The notes under the pieces are model-generated. The model made no database searches. It had not been told where the DNA came from and saw nothing but the letters and a program-made list of their open reading frames with translations. A stretch of 64,000 nt of DNA, from the NCBI GenBank assembly GCA_015067705.1, contig SVLW01000001.1, positions 8,653 to 72,652 of the forward strand. Reading direction: 5' to 3'. This document shows positions 54,425 through 64,000 of the stretch, in pieces; positions within the stretch are counted from its first letter, which is position 1; every line of letters begins with the position of its first letter. A program made the translations under genes and the position numbers. The stretch is from Oscillospiraceae bacterium. GTDB taxonomy: Bacteria; Bacillota; Clostridia; Oscillospirales; QAMX01.

Positions 54425-56824
54425 TCATTTCAGTTCGATCACGGTGACGCCGGCCTCGCCCTCGCCATAGCGGCCCGGGCGGAAACTGGCAATGCGGCGG
54501 TCGCGCTTCAGATATTGCTGCACCGCGGTGCGAAGTGCGCCGGTGCCCTTGCCGTGGATCACCGTCAGGGGGGAGAGCTTCGCCATCTGGGCAGCATCCA
54601 GGAAACGCTCCAGCTCGATGACGGCCTCATCGGACATCATACCACGGAGATCCAGCGTAGTGGTGGCGGTCTTTGTCACGCTGCGGCGCAGGAGGGCGCT
54701 CTCTTTGGCGGGCGTGAACTTCACCTTTTCCCGCTTGGCGTCCTCTTCCACCACCGTCAGAGTATTGGCCTTGACGGTCATGGTCATGATACCCGCCTGG
54801 AGGGTCACGTTGCCGTTCTTGTCCGGCTCCGTCAGCACCTCCGCATGGGTGCCGCCGCTGCCGAAGGCCACGATATCGCCCACATGGATCTCCCTGGCCT
54901 TACGCTGGGAGACTTTCGGCAGATTGGGATTGGCCTTGCTGGAGGCCTCGTTTAATCGTCTTGCGTGCTTGGCGCGGGCGCCCACCACATCAATGGCAAA
55001 CTGTGCCGCGGCAGCCTCTTTTTTCAGCTGGGCCAGCTCGTCAAAGGCCGCATCGGAGGCAGCGCGGGCATCCGCGATCACGTCCAGTGCCTGACGGCGG
55101 GCATCCTCCAGAATCTTTTCCCGCTGGCGCTCCAGTTCCGCCTCGCGGCGCTCGATATCCCGCCGAATCTTATCGGTCTCCATGCGGCTGCGGGCGGCCA
55201 GGGCCAGCTCCCGCTCCATGGTCTGGCGCTTGCGATCCAGATCAGTGAGCACGTCCTCAAAGCGAACGCTCTCGCCGGTGAGGGACTCGCGGGCGGCATC
55301 GATGATCCGCTCGTCCAGACCCAGACGCTTGGAGATCGCAAAGGCATTACTCTTGCCCGGCACGCCGATCAGGAGGCGATAGGTGGGCTTTAAGGTCTCT
55401 ACATCAAATTCACAGGCGGCATTTTCCACGCCGTCGGTGGAGATGGCAAACATCTTAAGCTCCGCATAATGGGTGGTGGCGGCCACCAGAGACCCCTGGG
55501 AGCGCACGTGCTCGATGATGGACATGGCCAGGGCTGCGCCCTCGGTGGGGTCGGTACCGGCGCCCAGCTCATCAAAGAGCGTCAGGGAACGGTCGTCCAG
55601 TTCCTCCAGAATGCCCACGATATTGGACATATGGGAGGAAAAGGTGGACAGCGACTGGGAAATGCTCTGTTCGTCGCCGATATCCGCGAAAATACGGGTG
55701 AAAAGCGACACGGTGGAGGTCTCCTCCGCCGGGATATGCAGACCGCACTGCACCATGAGGGTCAAAAGGCCCAGGGTTTTCAGGGCAACGGTCTTACCGC
55801 CGGTGTTGGGGCCGGTGATCACCAGGGTGTTGAAATGCTCGCCGATATGCACGTCGATGGGCACCGCTGTTTTCTGTTCGAGAAGCGGATGGCGGGCGCG
55901 CTTTAAGTCGATGATGAGATCATCGGAAAGCTGGGGCGCGTAGGAATCGGTGGCCAGAGAATACTGCGCCTTGGCAAAGATCGCATCCAGAATCGTCAGC
56001 ACATGGATATCATCCGCGATGGAGCCGGAGAAATTGCCCACCTCATTGGAAAGCTCGGCGAGGATCCGTTCGATCTCTTTTTCTTCCTTGGCGGTTAAAA
56101 CCCGGATCTCGTTATTGGCCTCCACCACCTGAGAGGGTTCCACAAAGAGGGTGGCGCCGGAGGCGGAGACGTCGTGCACCAGACCGCTGATCTCGCTGCG
56201 GAACTCCGCCTTGACGGGGACGACGAAGCGGCCGCCGCGCTGGGTGATGAGGGATTCCTGCAGATATTTGGAATAGGACTGGGAGGAAATGATCCGGTTT
56301 AAGACCTCGCGCACCCGGGAATGGGCGGCGCGGATCTGACGGCGGATGGAGGCCAGCTCCGGCGAGGCGCTGTCGGCAATTTCCTCCTCACTGAGGATGG
56401 CGGAGGTGATGCGATCCTCCAGAAATTTATTGGTATTGATGGCGGCAAACAAGTGGTCCAGAGAGGTTCTCAGGCCGTCCCGGCGCTGGGACGGGTCGCC
56501 GTATTCCGCCGTGGCGCGGGCACAGCGCAGAAGCTCCGCCACCCGCAGAAGCTCCGCGGGGCCCAGCGTGCCGCCGATCTCCACCCGACGCAGCTGTACG
56601 GTCACATCCTGAAGACCCGAGAACGTGGGGGCGCTGCGGGCGGACATCAAGCGCTGGGCGTCGGTGATCTCCGTCAGGCTGATGCGGATATCCTCCAGAT
56701 ACCGATAGGGCTTTGCGGCCCGCACCCGCTCCTTGGCACCCTCGCTCACCGCATACTGGGCAATTTTCTCCAGTACCTGCGGCAGCTCCAGCGTCAGAAT
56801 CGATTTTTCATATATGGTACTCAA
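54425..56824 (-). CDS. mutS2: Endonuclease MutS2 (with a C-terminal Smr domain)
   Basis: MutS ATPase (ITGPNTGGKTVALKT, LFDELGAGTDPTEGAAL) and a Smr tail (LDLRGMMSDEAVIELERFLD...VIHGKGTGALR). The preferred start is TTG 56824, 9 nt after AAGGAG and downstream of the recO stop. The track start is GTG 56851. Confidence 0.9.
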   Translation of the reverse strand: MSTIYEKSILTLELPQVLEKIAQYAVSEGAKERVRAAKPYRYLEDIRISLTEITDAQRLMSARSAPTFSGLQDVTVQLRRVEIGGTLGPAELLRVAELLRCARATAEYGDPSQRRDGLRTSLDHLFAAINTNKFLEDRITSAILSEEEIADSASPELASIRRQIRAAHSRVREVLNRIISSQSYSKYLQESLITQRGGRFVVPVKAEFRSEISGLVHDVSASGATLFVEPSQVVEANNEIRVLTAKEEKEIERILAELSNEVGNFSGSIADDIHVLTILDAIFAKAQYSLATDSYAPQLSDDLIIDLKRARHPLLEQKTAVPIDVHIGEHFNTLVITGPNTGGKTVALKTLGLLTLMVQCGLHIPAEETSTVSLFTRIFADIGDEQSISQSLSTFSSHMSNIVGILEELDDRSLTLFDELGAGTDPTEGAALAMSIIEHVRSQGSLVAATTHYAELKMFAISTDGVENAACEFDVETLKPTYRLLIGVPGKSNAFAISKRLGLDERIIDAARESLTGESVRFEDVLTDLDRKRQTMERELALAARSRMETDKIRRDIERREAELERQREKILEDARRQALDVIADARAASDAAFDELAQLKKEAAAAQFAIDVVGARAKHARRLNEASSKANPNLPKVSQRKAREIHVGDIVAFGSGGTHAEVLTEPDKNGNVTLQAGIMTMTVKANTLTVVEEDAKREKVKFTPAKESALLRRSVTKTATTTLDLRGMMSDEAVIELERFLDAAQMAKLSPLTVIHGKGTGALRTAVQQYLKRDRRIASFRPGRYGEGEAGVTVIELK

Positions 56825-56841
56825 CTTTAGAAACTCCTTCG

Positions 56842-57603
56842 TTACTTGCACAAAGAATGATAAATGGAAAGGCTGTCATAGCTTCTGCCCATCTGCTCCC
56901 GGGTGAAGAGCTCGCAGAGGAAGGCGAGATTCTCCGCCGCTTCCTCTCCCAAAGAGAAGGAGAAGAGCTTCGGAAGCTCTGCCGACAGAATATAGCGCAT
57001 GGCAGCAATCGACGAGGGATGAATGGGGAAAAGCTGCTCACCGCCGCTGCGTCGGACTTCACCGCAGCGGGCGCAGTAGAGTGCCGCATCCGTCACGTTG
57101 AAATACGCCGCATCCTCCCCGCCGCAGCCCTCACAGCCCAAAAGCTCCGGCGCGAATCCGGAGAGCGCCATCAGGCGCAGCTCAAAGGCCGCCTTGATGA
57201 GCCGGTGGGGGCGCTTCCCCACCGCCAATGCATAGAGGGCGTTCAGCGCCAGGCGCAGCACCTCCGTATCGGCCTGTCCCGCCAGACTCACATCGTGGAG
57301 CACCTCCACGAAATAAGACGCGGCGGCATAGCCTTCAATAGAGGCGGACAGGGCAAAAAACTGCTCAATGGTTTTTACGCTGTCCACTTTATAGCGGCCG
57401 CGGCTTTCCACCAGCGTGAATTCGGAATAATTAAAAAGCTTTGTCCCGGCGGATAAAGAACTGCCGCTCTTGCGGGAGCCATAGGCCGTGGCGGTGATGA
57501 GGCCGTCCGTGGCCGTCAAAATCGTGAGGATGGCGTGATTCTCTTTATAGGGGAATTCCCGCAGCACCAGACCGGGAGACTGGATTTTTTCGTTACTGCT
57601 CAT
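56842..57603 (-). CDS. recO: DNA repair protein RecO
   Basis: GLVLREFPYKENHAILTILT (OB fold) and a Cys4 zinc motif (CEGCGG...CARCG). ATG 57603 overlaps the era stop. Confidence 0.85.
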   Translation of the reverse strand: MSSNEKIQSPGLVLREFPYKENHAILTILTATDGLITATAYGSRKSGSSLSAGTKLFNYSEFTLVESRGRYKVDSVKTIEQFFALSASIEGYAAASYFVEVLHDVSLAGQADTEVLRLALNALYALAVGKRPHRLIKAAFELRLMALSGFAPELLGCEGCGGEDAAYFNVTDAALYCARCGEVRRSGGEQLFPIHPSSIAAMRYILSAELPKLFSFSLGEEAAENLAFLCELFTREQMGRSYDSLSIYHSLCK

Positions 57604-58480
57604 AACCGAAGTTACGCATGAAGAACTCGTTGTCACGCCATCCCTCGCGCACCTTGACCCACAGGGTCAGGAACACCTTGGCGCCCAGAAGATTCTCCAT
57701 ATCAAGGCGGGCCTGTTCACCCACTTTTTTCAGCATGGCACCATCCTTGCCGATGACGATGCCCTTGTGGGAGGCCTTTTCGCAGTAGATGACGGCGCCG
57801 ATCTCGATGGTACCGGTGTCGCGCTCGTCAAAGACCTCGATCTCCACGGCGATGCCGTGGGGGATCTCACGGTCCAAAAGGCGCAGAAGCTTTTCGCGGA
57901 CAAATTCCGCCACAATGACCCGCTCCGGCTGGTCGGAGCTCATGCCCTCGGGATAGAGCGCCGGACCCTCCTCGGCGAATTTTTCCAGTTCGCTCATGAG
58001 AATATCCACGCCGTCGCCGGTGCGGGCACAGACGGGGATCACAGCGGCGAACTCGCCAAGTTCGGTATACTCGGAGATGACGGCCAGGATCTCCCGCTTA
58101 TTGATGGTATCGATTTTATTGATCACCAGCACGCAGTCCAAACCCTGCTCCATGATCTCCTGATAGAGCATTCGCTCCTGCTTGCCGGGGGAGCGGGGCT
58201 CCACCACCAGGATGGCGGCGTCGGTATCGGACACGGTCTCATGCACCACGCCCACCATAAAGTCGCCCAGCTTATTCTTGGGCTTATGAAAGCCAGGGGT
58301 GTCCATGAAGATGTACTGCACGCCCTCCCGATTCACGATGCCGCTGATGCGGTTACGGGTGGTCTGGGGCTTTGAGGAAGTGATGGCGATCTTTTCGCCG
58401 GTGAGTGCATTTAATAAAGTGGATTTTCCCACGTTGGGACGGCCAACGATGGAAAACATGGCAGTTCTGGTAATTTCCAT
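57593..58480 (-). CDS. era: GTPase Era
   Basis: GRPNVGKSTLLN, DTPG, NKID and a C-terminal KH domain (VIGKDGAMLKKVG). AGGAGAA lies upstream of ATG 58480. Confidence 0.9.
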   Translation of the reverse strand: MEITRTAMFSIVGRPNVGKSTLLNALTGEKIAITSSKPQTTRNRISGIVNREGVQYIFMDTPGFHKPKNKLGDFMVGVVHETVSDTDAAILVVEPRSPGKQERMLYQEIMEQGLDCVLVINKIDTINKREILAVISEYTELGEFAAVIPVCARTGDGVDILMSELEKFAEEGPALYPEGMSSDQPERVIVAEFVREKLLRLLDREIPHGIAVEIEVFDERDTGTIEIGAVIYCEKASHKGIVIGKDGAMLKKVGEQARLDMENLLGAKVFLTLWVKVREGWRDNEFFMRNFGYEQ

Positions 58481-58499
58481 TTCGTTCTCCTGTAAATAC

Positions 58500-59006
58500 T
58501 TATCCCTTTTCGGTTTTCTTTTTCTTCTGACGGCCCAGAACCAACAGCATGATGTCTTCTTCAAAGCCGCGCATCAGTGCCTTTCTGGGGCCCTCGTCCA
58601 CATGGTCATAGCCCAGAAGATGCAGAATGGAATGCACCACCAGATACCCGCACTCCCGTTCAAAGCTGTGGCCGAATTCCTCGGCCTGGGCGGCGGCACG
58701 CTGGGCGGAGATCACCACGTCTCCGATCTCCACGCATTTCGTGGCAGGATCATAGTCCCAGGGCTGGGGCAGATCGCCCTGTCCGTCCACCCAGTCAAGG
58801 AGCGGGAAGGACAGCACATCGGTGGGGGCGTCGATCTGACGATGCTCCCGGTTCAATTCCCGGATGCCGGCGTCGTCGGTAACGGTGACATTCACTTTTG
58901 CCCGGAAGGGCACTTTTTCATAGCGCAGGGCGGCGCGGATAGCCTTACGGATCAGCTTTTCCGTGGCGCGCTCGGCGTTTGCGATCTCGATTCTATGTCT
59001 GGGCAT
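58500..59006 (-). CDS. ybeY: rRNA maturation endoribonuclease YbeY
   Basis: TDVLSFP and HSILHLLGYDH (zinc-binding H-x-x-x-H-x-x-x-x-x-H). Confidence 0.9.
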   Translation of the reverse strand: MPRHRIEIANAERATEKLIRKAIRAALRYEKVPFRAKVNVTVTDDAGIRELNREHRQIDAPTDVLSFPLLDWVDGQGDLPQPWDYDPATKCVEIGDVVISAQRAAAQAEEFGHSFERECGYLVVHSILHLLGYDHVDEGPRKALMRGFEEDIMLLVLGRQKKKKTEKG

Positions 59007-59014
59007 CTGGCACC

Positions 59015-60022
59015 TCAGTTTTTCTTCGGCGGACGGCCGGTATAATGTTTCTGGGCAGTTTCCTTCCGGGACTGCTTCTTTTCGTATTCCTCATAGGCGC
59101 GGATGATCCGCTGGACCAGTTCGTGGCGCACCACGTCCCGCTCCGTCAGGCGGCAGATGGCAATGCCCTCCACGCCGTCCAGGATCCGCACGGCGGACTT
59201 CAGGCCGCTGGCCTTACCGATGGGCAGGTCGATCTGGGTCTCGTCGCCGTTGACCACGGCCTTGGAGCCAAAGCCAATACGGGTCAAAAACATCTTCATC
59301 TGCTCCGGCGTGGTGTTCTGGGCCTCATCCAGAATGATGAAGGATTCGTCCAGGGTGCGGCCGCGCATATAGGCCAGAGGCGCCACCTCGATGTTGCCCC
59401 GCTCCACGCAGGCATGATAGGTCTCGGGGCCCATCAGATCGAAGAGGGCGTCGTAAAGCGGGCGGAGATAGGGATCCACCTTGGACTGGAGATCGCCGGG
59501 CAGGAAGCCCAGACGCTCGCCGGCCTCCACCGCCGGGCGGGTGATGATGATGCGGTTCACTTCTTTATTGCGGAAGGCCGTCACGGCGGCGGCCACCGCC
59601 AGATAGGTCTTGCCGGTACCGGCAGGACCCACGGAAATGGTGACGGTATTCTTGCGGATGGCGTCGATCATATGCTTCTGGCCCAGGGTCTTGGCCTTGA
59701 TGGGCTTGCCGCGGGCAGAGACGCAGATCACGTCCCGGGAGATCTCGCCCAGACGGTCGGTATTGCCGTCCCGGGCCAGGGTGATGACATATAAAACGGT
59801 CTGGGAGTTGATCTGCTCGCCCCGGCCGGCAATGGACAAAAGTCCCTCCACCACCTTGGCCGCGATCATCACGGCCTCCGGGTCGCCGCCGATTTTGATT
59901 TCGGCGTCGCGGTACAGGATCCGCACGCCCAGCTCCCGCTCGATCAGGCGGATATTCTCATCAAAAGAGCCAAACACACTGATGAGATCGTCGATTCGTT
60001 GTACATTGATGACTTGTTCCAT
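59015..60022 (-). CDS. phoH: PhoH-family ATPase
   Basis: GPAGTGKTYLAVA, AGERLGFLPGD, ILDEAQN and NGDETQIDLP. ATG 60022 is preferred, and the track start at 60040 is a GTG. Confidence 0.9.
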   Translation of the reverse strand: MEQVINVQRIDDLISVFGSFDENIRLIERELGVRILYRDAEIKIGGDPEAVMIAAKVVEGLLSIAGRGEQINSQTVLYVITLARDGNTDRLGEISRDVICVSARGKPIKAKTLGQKHMIDAIRKNTVTISVGPAGTGKTYLAVAAAVTAFRNKEVNRIIITRPAVEAGERLGFLPGDLQSKVDPYLRPLYDALFDLMGPETYHACVERGNIEVAPLAYMRGRTLDESFIILDEAQNTTPEQMKMFLTRIGFGSKAVVNGDETQIDLPIGKASGLKSAVRILDGVEGIAICRLTERDVVRHELVQRIIRAYEEYEKKQSRKETAQKHYTGRPPKKN

Positions 60023-60036
60023 AGTCCCTCGCTCTA

Positions 60037-61218
60037 TCACTCACGGAGTACGGTGACTCCGATCTTTTGCACACTTTCGCCGGTGGCGCGTACATAGAGG
60101 ACGCCGTTTTCCGTCCACACGCGCTCACCCAGCCGGGATACCACGCTGCCCCGTCCATCCGCCCGCACGCGGCGGTGGGCGGTATCAAGAAGCGTCCCGG
60201 AAACGGCGCTCTCCTCCAGCATCTGAGGAAAGCTCTCATATTCGATAGAAGTCTCCCGGATCCATGTCACAGGTAAGATGGAGCCGTCAGAAAGGGCGAC
60301 CTCATATCGATCTATTATTTTATCACATTTGGCAAAGGGATTTCCACCCTTTCCATAAAAATTTATCCGGAATTTTCCTATAGAAAGCGCATATCTGACA
60401 CTTTTTCTGCCGGTGGGCACCTTGGTCTCCCCGAAAAGGGGAAGTGCCGCCGTGGACTGGTGCCAGACACGGGCGAAAATATCCGCTTCCGCATGGGTGA
60501 GCATGGTTTTTTCCTCCAGGCGCAGATGCACCAGTCCCGACACCAGCACCTGTCCTGCCTGCACCGCCTCCCCGGGCTTCACCAGTTCCTCCCCGTGGGA
60601 GGCCCGCAGGATCTCGATGACGCCGTCCCGGTCGGCAATGATGTCGGCGGGGCGGGAACGATCCGGGATCTCCGGCGTTTTTCCCCGCTCCCGCACATCC
60701 ACCACCGCATGGCTGCCCCGGATCGTCACGGTGAACCAGGAGAGCTCCGGCATAGCCAGCAGGATACGGTCCCGCAGCTCTGAGGCGTCCACCCGCCGCG
60801 TCAGAGTGCCGATGCCCACGCCCTCCGCCCTCAGCGCATCAAGCACCGCCGCCGGGGCCACCGTCTCGCATCCCGTCACATCAAAGGACAGAATCGCCGC
60901 ATTCATCAGCCACATCGCCCCGCAAAGACAGAGAACCCCCATGAGCAGTACCGCCCGGCGCAGCAGACGGCGGCCCTCATAAAGCGCCCCGCACTTTCCC
61001 GTCAGGCGCACGCTGCAGCCGCTGGCCCGGGCGACGGGACGGATCCGCCGGTAATCCCGGGCGCTCATGGAAAGGGCCAGGCAGTTTACGTCCCGGTACC
61101 GGAGATCCCAGAAGGCGATCTCTTCCGCCGCGCAGCGGTTGAGGAAGAGAACCGGGCGGGCGCCCGTGACCGTACAGCGCACGCTGCCCCGGAGAAAGTT
61201 ATGAAAATGCTGCAGCAT
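60037..61218 (-). CDS. yqfD: Sporulation protein YqfD
   Basis: MLQHFHNFLRGSVRCTVTGARPVLFLNRC... with a central TM helix. It sits in the yqfC-yqfD-phoH context. ATG 61218 follows GGAGGAGGGGAG. The 74-aa N-terminal extension in the track is rejected. Confidence 0.8.
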   Translation of the reverse strand: MLQHFHNFLRGSVRCTVTGARPVLFLNRCAAEEIAFWDLRYRDVNCLALSMSARDYRRIRPVARASGCSVRLTGKCGALYEGRRLLRRAVLLMGVLCLCGAMWLMNAAILSFDVTGCETVAPAAVLDALRAEGVGIGTLTRRVDASELRDRILLAMPELSWFTVTIRGSHAVVDVRERGKTPEIPDRSRPADIIADRDGVIEILRASHGEELVKPGEAVQAGQVLVSGLVHLRLEEKTMLTHAEADIFARVWHQSTAALPLFGETKVPTGRKSVRYALSIGKFRINFYGKGGNPFAKCDKIIDRYEVALSDGSILPVTWIRETSIEYESFPQMLEESAVSGTLLDTAHRRVRADGRGSVVSRLGERVWTENGVLYVRATGESVQKIGVTVLRE

Positions 61219-61495
61219 GACTCCCCTCCTCCAAAGCGATGGATGTGATCCTGCCGTAGATCTGCATCCCCAGCCGATCCATGGCGGCGATGCGCAGATC
61301 TGTGCCGTATACCGACACCAGACAGTCCTCCCGGACAAAGCGAATACACTCCGGTTCGTATGTGAAAAGCTCCGCACCGCCGGTGACGAGCAGATCTCCC
61401 GTGCCGGTGAGCTCCAGACGCGGCACCGGCAGCGCCGCATCCGCCGGCAGCCGCAGCGCCCGGGACAGACGATTTCTCAATCGATACTTGGCCAT
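61199..61495 (-). CDS. yqfC: Sporulation protein YqfC
   Basis: PRLELTGTGDLLVTGGAELFTYEPECIRF...LRIAAMDRLGMQIYGRITSI. It lies upstream of and overlapping yqfD. GGGAAGGA lies upstream of ATG 61495. Confidence 0.8.
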   Translation of the reverse strand: MAKYRLRNRLSRALRLPADAALPVPRLELTGTGDLLVTGGAELFTYEPECIRFVREDCLVSVYGTDLRIAAMDRLGMQIYGRITSIALEEGSHAAAFS

Positions 61496-61586
61496 ACCGT
61501 TCCTTCCCTCCGCATATTCTTCCCTTTTCGGCATATCCTGATGACAGCGACACAGATTGCCGGAACAGGGAGGACTGTCATACTCT

Positions 61587-62747
61587 ATGAAAAGTGTTTG
61601 GAAAATAGGCTTCGGAAAATGGTATCGGATCCTGCTTGCGCTGGCGATCGTCTTTACAGGCGTGGGATTGGTGCGCTATCAGGATGTCTCCATGGAGACG
61701 GCGGGAAAGGCCGCCGCCATGTGTCTCGAGGTTCTCCTGCCCTCCCTCTTCCCGTTTCTGGTGGTGTCCAATCTTTTCATCGGCATGGGCTATACCGAAG
61801 TGCTTGGCCGATGGGCGGCGCCCCTGATGCGGCGGGTATTCCGGGTGAGCGGAGCCTGTGCGGGCGCCTATCTCATGGGCATCATCGGCGGCTATCCCGT
61901 GGGGGCCCGGGCCGCCATCCAGACCTATGAACAGGGGCTTTGCAGCAAGACCGAGTGCCAGAGAATGCTCTCCTTCTGCAACAATTCCGGGCCGGCCTTT
62001 ATTCTGGGCGTGGTGGGCGCCGGGATTTTTTCCAGTTCCCGGGCGGGGATGCTGCTCTACGGGGTACATATTCTGGCCTCCCTGACGGTGGGGATCTGCT
62101 TCCGGTTTTACCGCCGTGACGAAGCGCCGGGGACAGAGCAGGTACATCCCCGCGCAGTCCCCCGTCCCGCGGTCGTGTTCGTGGATGCGGTGCGGGGCGG
62201 TCTTTCCGGCATCGGCAGCATCAGCGCGTTCGTGATCTTCTTCGCGGTGGCGGTGAATCTTCTGTTTGCCTCCGGCCTTTTGACGCGGATGTCCGCCGGG
62301 ATCGCGGGTCTTTTCGCTCCCCTGGGCGTTACTGAAGCGGCGGTGCGCCGCCTGCTCACCGGCATTGTGGAAATGACTTCCGGCCTCTCCTCCCTAAGGG
62401 CTGCGGGGGAAAGCATGAGCGCCCGACTCTCAATGGCGGCATTCCTCCTGGGCTGGGCGGGGATCAGCGTGCATTGCCAGGTTTTGAGTTTTCTTGGCGA
62501 AAGCGGCATCTCTTTACTGCCCTATCTCTGCGGCAAGGCGCTGCACGGCGGGATCTCGGCGCTTTATATGGCGATCCTCTGCCGCGCCCTCCTGCCGGAT
62601 TTCTCCGCTGCCGCCGCGGCGGCGGGACAGATCGGGGAACTGATCTCCGTCCGGCCCCATCCGCTTCCCGGTACGTTGTTCCTCTGTCTCGCGGCTATTC
62701 CGGGGATTTGTCTTCTTTTCAGAAATCCTCATAAAAAATTGAAATAA
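61587..62747 (+). CDS. ylbJ: Sporulation integral membrane protein YlbJ (nucleoside-recognition domain)
   Basis: Polytopic membrane protein with CLEVLLPSLFPFLVVSN, GIIGGYPVGA and FCNNSGPAFILG. Confidence 0.8.
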   Translation: MKSVWKIGFGKWYRILLALAIVFTGVGLVRYQDVSMETAGKAAAMCLEVLLPSLFPFLVVSNLFIGMGYTEVLGRWAAPLMRRVFRVSGACAGAYLMGIIGGYPVGARAAIQTYEQGLCSKTECQRMLSFCNNSGPAFILGVVGAGIFSSSRAGMLLYGVHILASLTVGICFRFYRRDEAPGTEQVHPRAVPRPAVVFVDAVRGGLSGIGSISAFVIFFAVAVNLLFASGLLTRMSAGIAGLFAPLGVTEAAVRRLLTGIVEMTSGLSSLRAAGESMSARLSMAAFLLGWAGISVHCQVLSFLGESGISLLPYLCGKALHGGISALYMAILCRALLPDFSAAAAAAGQIGELISVRPHPLPGTLFLCLAAIPGICLLFRNPHKKLK

Positions 62748-62750
62748 GGT

Positions 62751-62779
62751 TTGCCAAACGGGGAAAGATGGTGTATAAT
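62751..62779 (+). promoter_or_regulatory. Sigma-A promoter candidate
   Basis: TTGCCA (62751-62756), 17 nt, TATAAT (62774-62779). Confidence 0.55.
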
Positions 62780-62800
62780 TTATGCTGAGGAGGGATTGGT

Positions 62801-63004
62801 ATGCTGTTTCGCAAAGATATACCGAAGGTCTGCGCCCATTGCCAGCACGCGGTGCGTTTGGACTCTCAGGATATGCTCTGCCGCCGCCACGGCGTCGTGG
62901 GCGCCCGGCACGGCTGCCGCCGCTTCCGCTATGACCCGACGAAGCGTCTCCCGCCTCCCAAAATGAATCTGGACACCGGCCTTGATTTCAAAATTGAACC
63001 GTAA
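62801..63004 (+). CDS. Small Cys-containing hypothetical protein (possible zinc ribbon)
   Basis: GAGGAGGG lies 7 nt upstream. The sequence has CAHC ... C ... C spacing. Function is unknown. Confidence 0.5.
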   Translation: MLFRKDIPKVCAHCQHAVRLDSQDMLCRRHGVVGARHGCRRFRYDPTKRLPPPKMNLDTGLDFKIEP

Positions 63005-63073
63005 CGGAATTCATTTCGGCGGATTTGTGAAATTATCATAAGTACCGGATTCTTTTCCGGCAATTTTTCATTG

Positions 63074-63102
63074 TTGACACAGGTTTTAGACCTTGTTATA
63101 AT
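63074..63102 (+). promoter_or_regulatory. Consensus sigma-A promoter of the PEP carboxykinase gene
   Basis: TTGACA (63074-63079), 17 nt, TATAAT (63097-63102). Confidence 0.75.
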
Positions 63103-63136
63103 TATTCCAGATTACCAAATTTCAAAAAAGGAGACC

Positions 63137-64000
63137 ATGACCATGACCAACAATAAGGCTGTTCTGTCCTGGGTGGAAGAGATCGTTGCTCTGACCAAGC
63201 CCGACCGCGTTGTTTGGGTTGACGGCAGCGAAGCCCAGCTCGACGAATTCCGCGCAGAGGCTTGCAGAACCGGCGAAATGGAGCTTCTGAACCAGGACCT
63301 CCTCCCCGGCTGCTACTACCACCGCACCGCCGTGAACGACGTTGCACGTGTTGAGGGCCGCACCTTTATCTGCACCCCCACCAAGGAAGAAGCCGGCCCC
63401 ACCAATAACTGGATGGATCCGGATGAAATGTACAAGCTCCTCTGGGGCCTGTATGACGGCGCCATGAAGGGCCGCACCTGCTACGTTCTGCCCTACTCCA
63501 TGGGCCCTGTCGGCTCCCCCTTCGCCAAGTACGGCGTTGAGATCACCGACTCCATTTATGTTGTTCTGAACATGAATATCATGACCCGTATCGGCTCCAA
63601 GGTTCTGGATGCTCTGGGCGACAACCCCGACTTCATCAAGGGCCTGCATGCCAAGGCAGACATCGACGAAGAGAAGCGTTACATCGTTCAGTTCCCGCAG
63701 GACAACTACATCTGCTCCGTTAACTCCGGTTACGGCGGAAACGTGCTCCTGGGCAAGAAGTGCTTCGCTCTGCGTATCGCTTCCTACCTGGGCCGCAACG
63801 AGGGCTGGATGGCCGAGCATATGCTCATCCTGGGCATCAAGTATCCGGACGGCACCAAGAAGTATGTCACCGGCGCATTCCCGTCTGCCTGCGGCAAGAC
63901 CAACCTGGCCATGCTGATCCCGCCGAAGTACTTCCGCGATCAGGGCTACGAAGTTGAGACCGTTGGTGACGACATTGCATGGCTGCGTGTCGGCGAGGAC
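63137..64000 (+). CDS. pckG: Phosphoenolpyruvate carboxykinase (GTP); the C-terminus lies beyond the window
   Basis: Absent from the ORF track (no stop in the window). The frame from ATG 63137 (or 63143, which is better spaced from AAGGAGA) reads MTMTNNKAVLSWVEEIVALTKPDRVVWVDGS...TNNWMDP...SMGPVGSPF...NSGYGGNVLLGKKCFALRIAS...FPSACGKTNLAML...VGDDIAWL, the hallmark GTP-PEPCK motifs. Confidence 0.9.
   Translation, partial: MTMTNNKAVLSWVEEIVALTKPDRVVWVDGSEAQLDEFRAEACRTGEMELLNQDLLPGCYYHRTAVNDVARVEGRTFICTPTKEEAGPTNNWMDPDEMYKLLWGLYDGAMKGRTCYVLPYSMGPVGSPFAKYGVEITDSIYVVLNMNIMTRIGSKVLDALGDNPDFIKGLHAKADIDEEKRYIVQFPQDNYICSVNSGYGGNVLLGKKCFALRIASYLGRNEGWMAEHMLILGIKYPDGTKKYVTGAFPSACGKTNLAMLIPPKYFRDQGYEVETVGDDIAWLRVGED

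Overview
This is a high-GC chromosomal segment (by eye more than 60% G+C) from an endospore-forming member of the Clostridia. Sporulation markers include spoIIGA-sigE, ylmC/ymxH, yqfC-yqfD, ylbJ, abrB with Spo0A boxes, and spoVD/spoVE-like genes. No transposase, integrase, phage gene or CRISPR array was seen.

In order, the window contains:
- ddl (partial), a GH8 Rex-like hydrolase and an XRE-family membrane regulator
- spoIIGA-sigE
- an ECF sigma operon
- ylmC, an L,D-transpeptidase, a U32 peptidase, a cytidylate-kinase-like protein, an M28 peptidase, a GH127 arabinofuranosidase, a PPP phosphatase and a DUF1349 protein
- RNase P RNA followed by addB-addA
- abrB, a flavoprotein, and a trio of corrinoid protein, PocR-AraC regulator and RACE activator
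- a low-GC GNAT islet, then mpg, a cupin gene, tRNA-Leu(GAG) and udg
- an atypical dcw cluster running from rsmH to ftsZ
- coaD-rsmD-uvrC and a Crh-like HPr
- mutS2-recO-era-ybeY-phoH-yqfD-yqfC, then ylbJ and a GTP-type PEP carboxykinase (partial)

The most unusual locus is 5541-12159. It starts with an ECF-type promoter (TGTAAC-N17-CGTC) and an ECF sigma gene. Next comes a 1681-aa protein with a short anti-sigma-like cytoplasmic N-terminus and one TM helix, joined to a complete but thioester-less alpha-2-macroglobulin-type ectodomain. The last gene is a translationally coupled Memo-like lipoprotein. I propose this is a protease-bait-coupled sigma/anti-sigma signalling module. This is inference from sequence only.

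Secondary observations:
- a motif-rich AT island between addA and abrB
- an orphan corrinoid module with no methyltransferase nearby
- a dcw cluster lacking mraZ, murD, murC/murB and ftsA
- an HPr homologue with Tyr in place of His15

All calls come from reading the ORF translations and the DNA. No database search was run.
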